Notes under the pieces: generated by a model
What the model saw: only the letters and a program-made list of their open reading frames with translations
What the model was told of the DNA's origin: nothing
Database searches by the model: none
Translations under genes and position numbers: made by a program
Shown: piece after piece, positions 35,443 through 44,229 of the stretch
Layout: each line of letters starts with the position of its first letter
Position numbering within the stretch: position 1 is the stretch's first letter
From: Desulfurococcales archaeon
GTDB taxonomy: Archaea; Thermoproteota; Thermoprotei_A; Sulfolobales; WANQ01
DNA length: 64,000 nt
Reading direction: 5' to 3'
NCBI GenBank assembly: GCA_027030065.1
Contig: JALVFK010000109.1
Coordinates: forward strand, 13,572 to 77,571

Positions 35443-38400
35443 TTGAAGACCATAGACCTTCTTCCAACAATACTACTGCTACTATTGATATTATCACTAG
35501 TACCAGGTATACTATTTCAGCAACCACTTATAGCGAGATCTCAGGACGAGCCGCTTTATATAGCCTTTGTATGGCACTTCCATCAACCGTGGTATAAGAA
35601 TCCGTGGAATGAGAGTCAGAGCCTCCTGCCCTGGGCTAGGCTTCACGCTATGAAGAGCTATTACCACATGGTCAAGCTCATAGCAGATTATGGTGGAAGA
35701 GTTAAGGTTACCTTCAACATAGTGGGCTCACTGATAAAACAATTAGTTGACTATGCATCAGGTAACACTACTGACCCCTACTGGGATATCTCGCGTACGA
35801 ATGCCTCTCAGCTTACCATTGATCAGAAGGTATTCATCCTACAACGCTTTTTTGATGCAAACTGGGATAGACAGATATCTCAGTGGCCCCGATACAAATA
35901 CCTACTTGACACTAGGAACAATTTGCTTGATCAGAACAATAACAATTATACGGCTATTGTAGACGACTTTACTGTAGATGACTACCGAGACCTACAAGTA
36001 TTATTCAACCTAGTATGGTTTAACAAAGAGATACTATACAACGACCCTGACCTAAGGCCTCTGTGGGAGAAAGCTGTTAGGAGCAATTATTCAAGCACAC
36101 CACTATATAATTATACTGAGTGGCAAATAGTATTAGACAAGATAAAATACTATATTAACGCTACAATAGATATCTGGAAAACAGTTGACACCAACAACTG
36201 GTCTGAATTCATAACAACACCGGGTTTCCATCCAATAGCACCACTCCTAATAAACACCAGTAATGCTCTGAGAAGAACACCTAGAGCGATAATACCTTAT
36301 CCATACTTCTCTCACCCTGAAGACCTTGAAGCTCACATAAATATATCGATAAATCAATACTCTTATCTTCTAGGACATAAGCCAACGGGTATGTGGCCAG
36401 CTGAAGAAGCTGTTTGCGACGAGCTATTACCAATAATAGCAGCTAAAGGCTTCAACCACCTCATAACAGATCAGAGCATACTCAAAGCATATCTCGGGGG
36501 AAGGAATCCCAGTGCTCAAGAACTCTATGCTGCCTGGTACAGATACGTGCGGAACGGTACTAGTCTGGCTAAAGTATACGTATTCTTCCGCGACATAGGG
36601 TTCTCTAACCTAATAAGTTTTGACTACGATGACTGGCTGGATCAGTACGGCTATAATAGCACTAATCCCGCAAATAATATAAGTGATTGGGAATACTATA
36701 AGGGAGCTGCTCAAGACCTTGTCGATAAGCTCTACAATATCTATAAGACCTATGGTGGAGGCCACCTAGTAGTAATTGCCTTAGATGGAGAGAATCCTTG
36801 GGAATGGTACTGGGATGATGGATGGGTATTCTTAAACTGGACCTATCATCTAATAGACATAAATGCAAGCCTTGAAGCAGTAAGCTTACAAGACTATGTA
36901 AACTTAGTGCAGCAGGGATCAGGCTATAGCTATGAGCTTGGCTACTTGCCAACTGGTTCGTGGATAGACGATGATAGTGATGGTATAGGAGACCTCATGC
37001 GATGGATAGGAGAATGGGAAGAAAACGCAGCATGGAGTCTTTTACGTAAAACAAGAGAAGACCTAGGAACCCTTGATCCCGATAAGACGTTAACGAAGGC
37101 ATGGTGGTACATGTATGCTGCAGAAGGTAGCGACTGGTTCTGGTGGTATGGAAGAGACCAGGAAGTACCCGGTGAGGAGAATTTTGACAACTTGTTTAGA
37201 GAATACATTGAATTCATCTACAGTGAGCTAGGATTATCGCCTCCAACTGATCCGTGGCCCGCGGATCAACCAATACATTATAGGAGCCAGACACAAGTAC
37301 AATGGGTTGGAAGAGAGAATGAAGCTATCTATGTATTTAATGGAACCGATATCAATTTCACAGTAGAGGTATATGGCAATACTTCTACTAATACAACTGC
37401 CGATCCAGGCCAATTACCGGGTATCCGTCTAATAATACATTGGAGCCCCGTAGATGAGTGGGGTGGGAGATGGAAAGAGCCCCACTATGCTCTAATGGAC
37501 TATTTAGGCGATTCGGGCAATAATGACGTATATAATTACACGTTTAAAGACCTGCCTTCGGGTAAGTATGAGGTAGTGATCATAGCTAATGCCGGCTACA
37601 ACCAGGATCATGCTTGGAGCGACGCTTATTCTACTACATGGTCTATTATAGGTAATTATCGCATAGAAATACTACCCACTACAAGTGCATCAATAACTAA
37701 TGCTAGTATTCTCGGCGCTAAGATTCTTTGGGATTACGGTTTAACTAATGGATACTATGATGTAGCATCAGCCAATATACTAAATACTAGTACACGCGAT
37801 ATAGTAGATGTTATCGTAAAAGTATATGCCCCCGGAGAAGACCCCAACTCTATATACGCAATACTACATTGGGGTAAAGTTAGTACCTGGGGAGGAACAT
37901 GGTGGCCCATAAACGACTACGTCGGCGAATACCTCTACAGTGATAGTCAGGGATACCATTACTACAAGATACCAGTAAACATACCTAAAACCGGAGCATA
38001 TGAAGCAGTAGTACATGTAGTAGCCTCAAACGATTACTGGGCTAACTGGAATGGAGCGAATATGAAGATAAACGTTACAAGCCCCGTGCTCGTAGTATTC
38101 AATGCTACTACACCGAGTACAACGCCAACGGGATCTGCTGTATTTGTTGCACCCAATATAGCTAACTGGAGTAGTGCTGGATTACTGCTTACAGCTAATA
38201 GTGAGTTCACGGACGTAGACTTATTCTCAAAGACATATGATATACAAGTCAATACCGTACCTAATCCGATACCTGAGCCCGGGTTCACAGTGTTGATAGT
38301 AGCTGTCTTAACTCTAGCATTGATAGTATTATTGAACCGTAGGAGGATCTTGTATGCACTAATACTATTGCTGTTGATAGCATCAATTGCCTCTATGATA

Positions 38401-39228
38401 CCTAGCATATCTCAATACGAGATAAAGATAGACGGCTACCTTTATGACTGGGTTGACGACTGGATAGTGGGGACAAGTACGCCTAACGTTACAGGAGGTA
38501 ATGGAGCCAATATAGCGAAGGCGTGGGTGACGTGGAATGAAACTCACCTATTAATAGCATTGAAGACGGATAATAATGAGAGCTGGAATGTTGCCTACGG
38601 TATAGCGATAGACTATGATTCAACCGACTACTCGGGATATAATGGTACGAGTGATGCATGGGGACGAGCAATAGGATTCTCTAATGCAACAATATTCCCA
38701 GACATCATGGTTTATGCTTGGTGGCAAAGCGGCAATAATACTATAACAGCAGCCGATATAGCATTATGGAATGGATCAACATGGATTTACCGAGACTTCT
38801 CAAACTTCAACGACAATAACCCAATCTTACCTGGATCCAAGATAGCGTGGACTGGTGGAGAAAATGGTTTACAAACACTAGAGTTATCGTTAAACTGGAC
38901 CGCTATCACGGGACAAAACTTTACATCAATGATAGGGAAGACACTGCATATAATATTCTTCGTTGCTGGAGACTCTGGGAGCTCTGCTATAGTGAAACTA
39001 CCATACGAGGACAGTATAAGAAACACGTTAACCTCCTGGAGAAGGGGAATCCATCTACCAGTAGGACTACACGTAGAATACAAGTATACTAGAGGATCAT
39101 GGAGCACTGTTGAGGGAACAACAAGTGGTACAACATGTGTTGACATAGCCAACCGCATAGTCGACGTATATGATCCGGGAAACGGCATGCTAATACTAAA
39201 CGATACAGTTGACTGTTGGGAAGGCTAA
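35443..39228 (+). CDS. GH57 family alpha-glucan-active enzyme (amylase/amylopullulanase-like) with starch-binding-like repeats, an internal TM hairpin and a C-terminal carbohydrate-binding module
   Basis: Signal peptide. GH57 motifs 'WHFHQPWY', 'GMWPAEEAV' (nucleophile Glu region) and 'IALDGENPWE' (acid/base Asp region). One continuous 1261-aa frame. TTG start. Confidence 0.85.
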   Translation: MKTIDLLPTILLLLLILSLVPGILFQQPLIARSQDEPLYIAFVWHFHQPWYKNPWNESQSLLPWARLHAMKSYYHMVKLIADYGGRVKVTFNIVGSLIKQLVDYASGNTTDPYWDISRTNASQLTIDQKVFILQRFFDANWDRQISQWPRYKYLLDTRNNLLDQNNNNYTAIVDDFTVDDYRDLQVLFNLVWFNKEILYNDPDLRPLWEKAVRSNYSSTPLYNYTEWQIVLDKIKYYINATIDIWKTVDTNNWSEFITTPGFHPIAPLLINTSNALRRTPRAIIPYPYFSHPEDLEAHINISINQYSYLLGHKPTGMWPAEEAVCDELLPIIAAKGFNHLITDQSILKAYLGGRNPSAQELYAAWYRYVRNGTSLAKVYVFFRDIGFSNLISFDYDDWLDQYGYNSTNPANNISDWEYYKGAAQDLVDKLYNIYKTYGGGHLVVIALDGENPWEWYWDDGWVFLNWTYHLIDINASLEAVSLQDYVNLVQQGSGYSYELGYLPTGSWIDDDSDGIGDLMRWIGEWEENAAWSLLRKTREDLGTLDPDKTLTKAWWYMYAAEGSDWFWWYGRDQEVPGEENFDNLFREYIEFIYSELGLSPPTDPWPADQPIHYRSQTQVQWVGRENEAIYVFNGTDINFTVEVYGNTSTNTTADPGQLPGIRLIIHWSPVDEWGGRWKEPHYALMDYLGDSGNNDVYNYTFKDLPSGKYEVVIIANAGYNQDHAWSDAYSTTWSIIGNYRIEILPTTSASITNASILGAKILWDYGLTNGYYDVASANILNTSTRDIVDVIVKVYAPGEDPNSIYAILHWGKVSTWGGTWWPINDYVGEYLYSDSQGYHYYKIPVNIPKTGAYEAVVHVVASNDYWANWNGANMKINVTSPVLVVFNATTPSTTPTGSAVFVAPNIANWSSAGLLLTANSEFTDVDLFSKTYDIQVNTVPNPIPEPGFTVLIVAVLTLALIVLLNRRRILYALILLLLIASIASMIPSISQYEIKIDGYLYDWVDDWIVGTSTPNVTGGNGANIAKAWVTWNETHLLIALKTDNNESWNVAYGIAIDYDSTDYSGYNGTSDAWGRAIGFSNATIFPDIMVYAWWQSGNNTITAADIALWNGSTWIYRDFSNFNDNNPILPGSKIAWTGGENGLQTLELSLNWTAITGQNFTSMIGKTLHIIFFVAGDSGSSAIVKLPYEDSIRNTLTSWRRGIHLPVGLHVEYKYTRGSWSTVEGTTSGTTCVDIANRIVDVYDPGNGMLILNDTVDCWEG

Positions 39229-39243
39229 TTGATGAGAACAAAG

Positions 39244-39248
39244 TTTTT
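39244..39248 (+). terminator. oligo-T tract after the GH57 gene (convergent terminator zone)
   Basis: T5 lies 16 nt after the TAA at 39226-39228. The opposite strand also has a T-tract (GGTTTTGTT) after the stop of the convergent gene. Confidence 0.3.
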
Positions 39249-39272
39249 AACAAAACCTTTCTTTCTCCTTAC

Positions 39273-39863
39273 CTATATATTATAGAAGGAGGAAGCCATC
39301 ACTATCAACCCCGTCTCTATAGCTGCTGCAACAACGAGCAGAATGAATACTAGTAACAATATAGTTGCTTGCTGCTTCAACCTCTTTTTATACTCCTCCA
39401 TGGAGATCTTCTTAAACACTTTAAGCCACGTTGATACACCGAAATCTATTCCCGTACTAGCTGCAAGTATTACTGCTGGAACCTCTAATACACCATGAGG
39501 CAACATGGCTGCGACAGAGAATACTGCTGGAATACCTGTTGTAGCCTCAAAGTATACGACTAGAGCTGATACCCCCGCCCCGTTAACCAACATTATTATA
39601 ACTGGTGCTACAACTGTTATACCGAGACCATAGGATAAGGGGAAGGCTATGAATAGGTTATGTTGTAGAATATAGAGGTATACTTCTAGAGCCCCCATAG
39701 ACAATATCTCGTTGACATCACCGAACTCGTTCATTACTTGTTGCGCCATATCCTCCCATACTATTACTCCAACAACAATACCCGCGGCAAAGGCTATTGT
39801 GCTTACAAGTATATAGTATCTTATCCTCCACAATCCCTCTAATAGTATCCTAAAATAGCTCAT
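39273..39863 (-). CDS. SpoIIM/DUF95-like membrane protein
   Basis: 'ILQHNLFIAFPL' and 'LPHGVLEVPAVILA' resemble the stage II sporulation protein M family. 196 aa, about 5 TM. Confidence 0.6.
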   Translation of the reverse strand: MSYFRILLEGLWRIRYYILVSTIAFAAGIVVGVIVWEDMAQQVMNEFGDVNEILSMGALEVYLYILQHNLFIAFPLSYGLGITVVAPVIIMLVNGAGVSALVVYFEATTGIPAVFSVAAMLPHGVLEVPAVILAASTGIDFGVSTWLKVFKKISMEEYKKRLKQQATILLLVFILLVVAAAIETGLIVMASSFYNI

Positions 39864-39938
39864 TAGGATTCACCAACTGTTTCCAATCAAACCTATTATT
39901 TCTCCCGCCGGAAAAATCTATTGTAGACGGTGTAGGAG

Positions 39939-41036
39939 ATGAGTATAAACGATTATGAGGGTGTAGTAGTTATAGGTGCTGGTCCCGCTGGTAGCGCTCT
40001 CGCATATCTTGCTAGACAGTACCTTAACACTAACACAATAGTATATGAGGCTTTAAGGAGACCCGGTCTCAAGGCTTGTGGATGGGGTCTTCTCCGAAGC
40101 GTTGAAGACTATATTGGCCCCATCCCTATGGAAACAGTTTTGAACAATATCAAGGGTTTTAGGATATATGTTGACGATAAACTAGTAGTAGACTATGGGT
40201 CTAAGAGAACTATAGCATATATGGTTGATAGACCCCTACTAATGGAGAATCTATTAGAACATAGTAATGCAGAGGTATTATTAGGGCATAGAATTAGTGT
40301 AAGAGAAGCCATAAGGATTCATCAGAACTATTTACCAGTAATAGCTACTGGTTTCCAATGGAGACCTAGAAATAGGAGACTTATACTTGGAATAGAATAT
40401 AGAGTTGAAAACGCCCACATAGATGAGCCGGATCTCATGGAGGTATGGACTTGGTCGGGTATCGTGGGGTATCTATGGGTTTTCCCTTTCAATAGTAGAG
40501 AGGCACATATAGGTATCGGTGGTACGCTCTCCTACGCTGAGTTGAGGAAACTATTAGACGAGTTTATTAGAAGGGACAAGAGATTCGAGAATACTCGTAT
40601 CGTTGATAGACTTTCCGGCTACGTCACGGTAAGTGGACTAGACAAAAAATTCCTAGACTTTAGCATCCCGGTTATCGGTGAAGCAATGGGAGCAGTCCTA
40701 CCATTAACTGGTGAAGGAATGAGGCCTTCTATGATTTCTGCTTGGAGCCTCGTTAAGGCATTGAAACACGGGGATTGGAGGAGGTATACTAGAGTATTTG
40801 AAAAGACCGGTTTAACTAAAAGCATTGAACTACAGTATAGGATACTACGACATATTGAGAATCGTGGAGCACGCTTAAACGTAGATAAGCTTAGAAGTCT
40901 TGTAAGGGATTGTGAGTGGCTCGTCTACGAGTTGGCCTTTGGTAAAATGAATACATGGACTGTTCTAAGAGCTTTACCCTGTGGGTTGAAGAAGGCTTTG
41001 ATTATAGCTTCGCTTATAAGACGGTATAGTGGTTAG
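39939..41036 (+). CDS. FAD-dependent oxidoreductase, geranylgeranyl reductase family
   Basis: N-terminal 'VVVIGAGPAGSALAYLA' dinucleotide-binding motif. The 365-aa size and 'GEAMGAVLPLTGEG' fit the GGR family. Confidence 0.7.
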   Translation: MSINDYEGVVVIGAGPAGSALAYLARQYLNTNTIVYEALRRPGLKACGWGLLRSVEDYIGPIPMETVLNNIKGFRIYVDDKLVVDYGSKRTIAYMVDRPLLMENLLEHSNAEVLLGHRISVREAIRIHQNYLPVIATGFQWRPRNRRLILGIEYRVENAHIDEPDLMEVWTWSGIVGYLWVFPFNSREAHIGIGGTLSYAELRKLLDEFIRRDKRFENTRIVDRLSGYVTVSGLDKKFLDFSIPVIGEAMGAVLPLTGEGMRPSMISAWSLVKALKHGDWRRYTRVFEKTGLTKSIELQYRILRHIENRGARLNVDKLRSLVRDCEWLVYELAFGKMNTWTVLRALPCGLKKALIIASLIRRYSG

Positions 41037-41078
41037 TGTTCTAAAAAGTTGTATTATAGGGTGGAAAATCTATTAGGA

Positions 41079-42647
41079 TTAGAGTGGTATGTTTCCATGT
41101 TTCTTGGGAGGTACTCTTACTCTAACCTCGCGTTTAGTTAGCAGTAGTTCTAATGCCTTTATTAGCTTGGGTCTAGTCTCATTTGGCTCTATTACATCGT
41201 CAATGTATCCCCTAGAAGCAGCTACATAGGGGTTAGCGAGTTTCTCACGGTATTCCTTAGCGAGTTTCTCTAGGAGTTCTTGCCTCTCCTCTGGTGTCTT
41301 GGCTTGTGCTAATTGTTTACGGAATATTATTTCAGCCGCTCCCTCAGCACCCATTACCGCTATTTCAGCTGTTGGCCATGCTACGACATAGTCTGCTCCG
41401 AGGTGTCTACTACTCATAGCGATATAGGCTCCACCATATGCTTTCCTCACAATTACTGTTAGCTTTGGTACAGTTGCCTCACTATAGGCGTAGAGGACTT
41501 TTGCACCATGCCTAATTATCCCACCGTGTTCCTGGCGTGTACCGGGTAGGTATCCAGGAACATCTACGAATGTTACGAGGGGTATATTGAAGGCATCACA
41601 GAATCTTACGAATCTTGCAATCTTGTCGGATGAATCTATGTCTAATACTCCTGCCATGTATGCAGGGTTGTTTGCAATTACTCCTACTACATGGCCGTTT
41701 AATCTTGCGAACCCTACTATTGCGTTCTTAGCCCACATTGAATGTACTTCAAAGAATGTGTCTTTGTCTACTACACGGTTTATTATATCATACATATTGT
41801 AGGGCTTGTTAGGGTCTGATGGGACAATGTTGTCTAACTCGTAGTCTCTTCTCTCCGGATCATCACCAGTATCTATTCTTGGCGGATCCTCCATGTTATT
41901 GCTCGGCAGATAGCTTAGCAGCTTCTTTATGAGTTCTATGGCGTGTTTATCGTCTTCTGCTAGGAAGTGAGCCATACCACTCTTTGTTGCATGTACCTCT
42001 GCTCCACCTAGCTGGAAGTGATCTACTTCCTCACCGATAGCTGCTTTTACTACTTTTGGCCCTGTTATGTACATGTAGCTTGTCTTCTTAACCATTATTA
42101 TGAAGTCCATGAGGGCTGGCGAGTATACGGCTCCACCAGCACATGGTCCCATTATTGCTGTTATCTGAGGGATAACTCCAGAAGCCATAACGTTCATGTA
42201 GAATATATCGCCATAGCCTTTAAGGGAGTCTACACCTTCTTGTATACGTGCTCCACCTGAATCGTTTAGGAATATTACTGGGACACCCACGCTCAATGCT
42301 GTTTTCAATGCCTTCACTATTTTTGCCGCATGCATTTCTCCTAGAGAACCACCCATAAAGGTGAAGTCCTGGGCTATTACGAATACTTTCCTCCCATTAA
42401 CCTTTGCAAAGCCTGTTACAACACCGTCTCCTAAAGCCTTCTTCTTATCCATTCCGAACTCGGTTGCACGGTGAGTAACAAACATGTCTATTTCAACGAA
42501 GGTTCCGGGATCTACTAGTAAATCTATTCTTTCTCGTGCGGTAAGCTTGCCCTTTTTGTGTTGTTTCTCTATTGCTTCGGGTCCTCCTCCTAGCTTAGCT
42601 TTTTCTCTCATTTCTCTTAGTTTTTGTATCTCGGGTCTAACACTCAA
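41079..42647 (-). CDS. mmdA: carboxyltransferase subunit (methylmalonyl-CoA decarboxylase alpha / PccB-like)
   Basis: 522 aa with typical carboxyl-transferase blocks ('[10 protein letters not shown]', '[13 protein letters not shown]', '[11 protein letters not shown]'). It is assigned as a decarboxylase because OadB/OadG/biotin-carrier genes are adjacent. Confidence 0.85.
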   Translation of the reverse strand: MSVRPEIQKLREMREKAKLGGGPEAIEKQHKKGKLTARERIDLLVDPGTFVEIDMFVTHRATEFGMDKKKALGDGVVTGFAKVNGRKVFVIAQDFTFMGGSLGEMHAAKIVKALKTALSVGVPVIFLNDSGGARIQEGVDSLKGYGDIFYMNVMASGVIPQITAIMGPCAGGAVYSPALMDFIIMVKKTSYMYITGPKVVKAAIGEEVDHFQLGGAEVHATKSGMAHFLAEDDKHAIELIKKLLSYLPSNNMEDPPRIDTGDDPERRDYELDNIVPSDPNKPYNMYDIINRVVDKDTFFEVHSMWAKNAIVGFARLNGHVVGVIANNPAYMAGVLDIDSSDKIARFVRFCDAFNIPLVTFVDVPGYLPGTRQEHGGIIRHGAKVLYAYSEATVPKLTVIVRKAYGGAYIAMSSRHLGADYVVAWPTAEIAVMGAEGAAEIIFRKQLAQAKTPEERQELLEKLAKEYREKLANPYVAASRGYIDDVIEPNETRPKLIKALELLLTKREVRVRVPPKKHGNIPL

Positions 42648-42746
42648 GATCCCACACCATATAGTAGAAAACCTACACTATTTTAAGTTAGGTGTACGGA
42701 GAGACTATCAGCTCTACTAGCATTTAAGCAAAACGGTGAGCCCGGT

Positions 42747-43070
42747 TTGAGGGATTCTACGTGGCTTAGAATAGCCTTAATGCTATGGGTTATAGCATTG
42801 ATAGTCTTATCTAGAATTAGCTTAGAACCCGGAGTCTACGATGCACTAAGGATATTTCTCATAGGGCTTGGTGCTGTGCTTTTAGCATATATGGCTAGGC
42901 TCCACAAGGCCATTAGTCTAGGGCTCCTAGGATACCTTCTAATAGCGTCTTTTATCGCATATAGTATTAGCTCACCTGGGACAAGACTATCATATACTAC
43001 TTCTATAATCCTACTCATACCCGTCGTCGCAGTAGCTATTTATGCATGGATTAAGCGCCCGAAACCCTAG
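42747..43070 (+). CDS. small membrane protein (3-4 TM), unknown function
   Basis: 107 aa, hydrophobic. It lies between the mmd alpha gene and the delta/gamma/beta genes. Confidence 0.5.
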   Translation: MRDSTWLRIALMLWVIALIVLSRISLEPGVYDALRIFLIGLGAVLLAYMARLHKAISLGLLGYLLIASFIAYSISSPGTRLSYTTSIILLIPVVAVAIYAWIKRPKP

Positions 43071-43169
43071 GATCTCTCTATTACATTAGATTTCCCTTAA
43101 CCTTATATACCTCTGCATTGCACTAAGTTTTTGTAAAATTCAAGTGATAATGTTACTTAAAGAGCTAGC

Positions 43170-43183
43170 TGAGAGATCTCTCA
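43170..43183. promoter_or_regulatory. 14-bp perfect palindrome TGAGAGATCTCTCA upstream of the decarboxylase membrane-subunit operon
   Basis: Exact palindrome 14 nt before GTG 43197. The half-site GATCTCTC occurs again at 43071-43078. Confidence 0.3.
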
Positions 43184-43196
43184 ATTAAAACTATTC

Positions 43197-43697
43197 GTGG
43201 TGGGCTACACGTTGGCTATTGAGACAATATTAGCTCAAACATTCCAGGAAGTTGCTAAGGTGCCACGTTCAGCAGAAATTGAAGCCGGAATAGTTCTCGC
43301 AGTACTAGGGTTTACAATGACCTTCGTAATACTATCAATACTTACCGTTAGCATAAAGCTGATGTCCGTAGCGGTTACAAAATATGTTAAATGGAAAGAA
43401 TCCCGGAAGAAACCAGTAGAAGCTGTTGAAGCCGCCGCAGAAGTACCAACTGCTCCAGCACCAACACCAGTAGCCCCCGCTGCTCCACCAGCAGAACTAG
43501 AGGTTCCACCAGAGATCATTGCAGCCGCTATTGCAGGTGTAAGAGCCTATATGGAGGAGAAGATAGGTAAGCGTAAGCGTAGGGAGAGGATAGCTCCTGT
43601 AAACTACTGGGTTCTCGCCTGGAGACTAGAATCAGGTTTCAATTTAAATGATCTAGACTATCTTGCTTGGAATAAATCCCGTAAGCCTAGGTGGTAG
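43197..43697 (+). CDS. mmdD: decarboxylase small membrane-anchor subunit (OadG-like N-terminus plus Ala/Pro linker; Mmd delta-like)
   Basis: 'GIVLAVLGFTMTFVILSILTVSIKLMS' is an OadG-type helix, followed by the AP-rich linker 'APAPTPVAPAAPPA'. Start is uncertain (GTG at 43197 or GTG at 43260). Confidence 0.6.
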   Translation: MVGYTLAIETILAQTFQEVAKVPRSAEIEAGIVLAVLGFTMTFVILSILTVSIKLMSVAVTKYVKWKESRKKPVEAVEAAAEVPTAPAPTPVAPAAPPAELEVPPEIIAAAIAGVRAYMEEKIGKRKRRERIAPVNYWVLAWRLESGFNLNDLDYLAWNKSRKPRW

Positions 43698-44212
43698 CTA
43701 TGAGTAGGCAATATGTTGTCCGAGTCATGGGAAAAGAATACAATGTGAGTGTTGAAGAAGTTTCCCCAGGCAAGTTTAAGGTAAAAGTAGACGGCTATGA
43801 ACTAGAAGTAGAATCACCTATAGCAGCAGGTGTAACTACTGTAGCCAAACCAGCAACCTCTGCCCCTACTCCCACCGAGACCAAGCCTCCCGAGAAACCA
43901 GAACGCAGAGAGGAAAAACCAGCACCAACAGCCCAGCCAACTACTCCAGCACCCGCACCAACGCCAGCTGCAAAGCCTACAGCACCTACACCAGCTGGGG
44001 GAGCTGTTGTAGAGGCACCTGTTCCAGGAAAGATTCTGAAAGTTCTCGTACAGCCAGGCCAGAAGGTGACTAAGAGAACAGTCATAATAACACTTGAGTC
44101 AATGAAAATGGAGCTCGAAATATATCCGCCAAAAGATGGTGTTGTTAAGGAAATTAGGGTAAAGCCCGGCGACTTCGTGAATACTGGTGATGTATTAGCT
44201 ATAATAGAGTAA
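43691..44212 (+). CDS. mmdC: biotin carboxyl carrier subunit (Mmd gamma-like)
   Basis: C-terminal biotinyl domain with 'ITLESMKMELEI' (biotinyl-Lys motif) and an AP-rich linker. It overlaps the upstream ORF by 7 nt. Confidence 0.85.
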   Translation: MVAMSRQYVVRVMGKEYNVSVEEVSPGKFKVKVDGYELEVESPIAAGVTTVAKPATSAPTPTETKPPEKPERREEKPAPTAQPTTPAPAPTPAAKPTAPTPAGGAVVEAPVPGKILKVLVQPGQKVTKRTVIITLESMKMELEIYPPKDGVVKEIRVKPGDFVNTGDVLAIIE

Positions 44213-44229
44213 CAGTAGAGGTGACTTAA

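Noticed and set aside
43235-44085. Minus-strand Ala/Gly-rich ORFs (43235-43519 and 43795-44085)
   Set aside because: They are the reverse complement of the Ala/Pro-rich linker codons of the decarboxylase delta and biotin-carrier subunits, so this is a compositional artefact.
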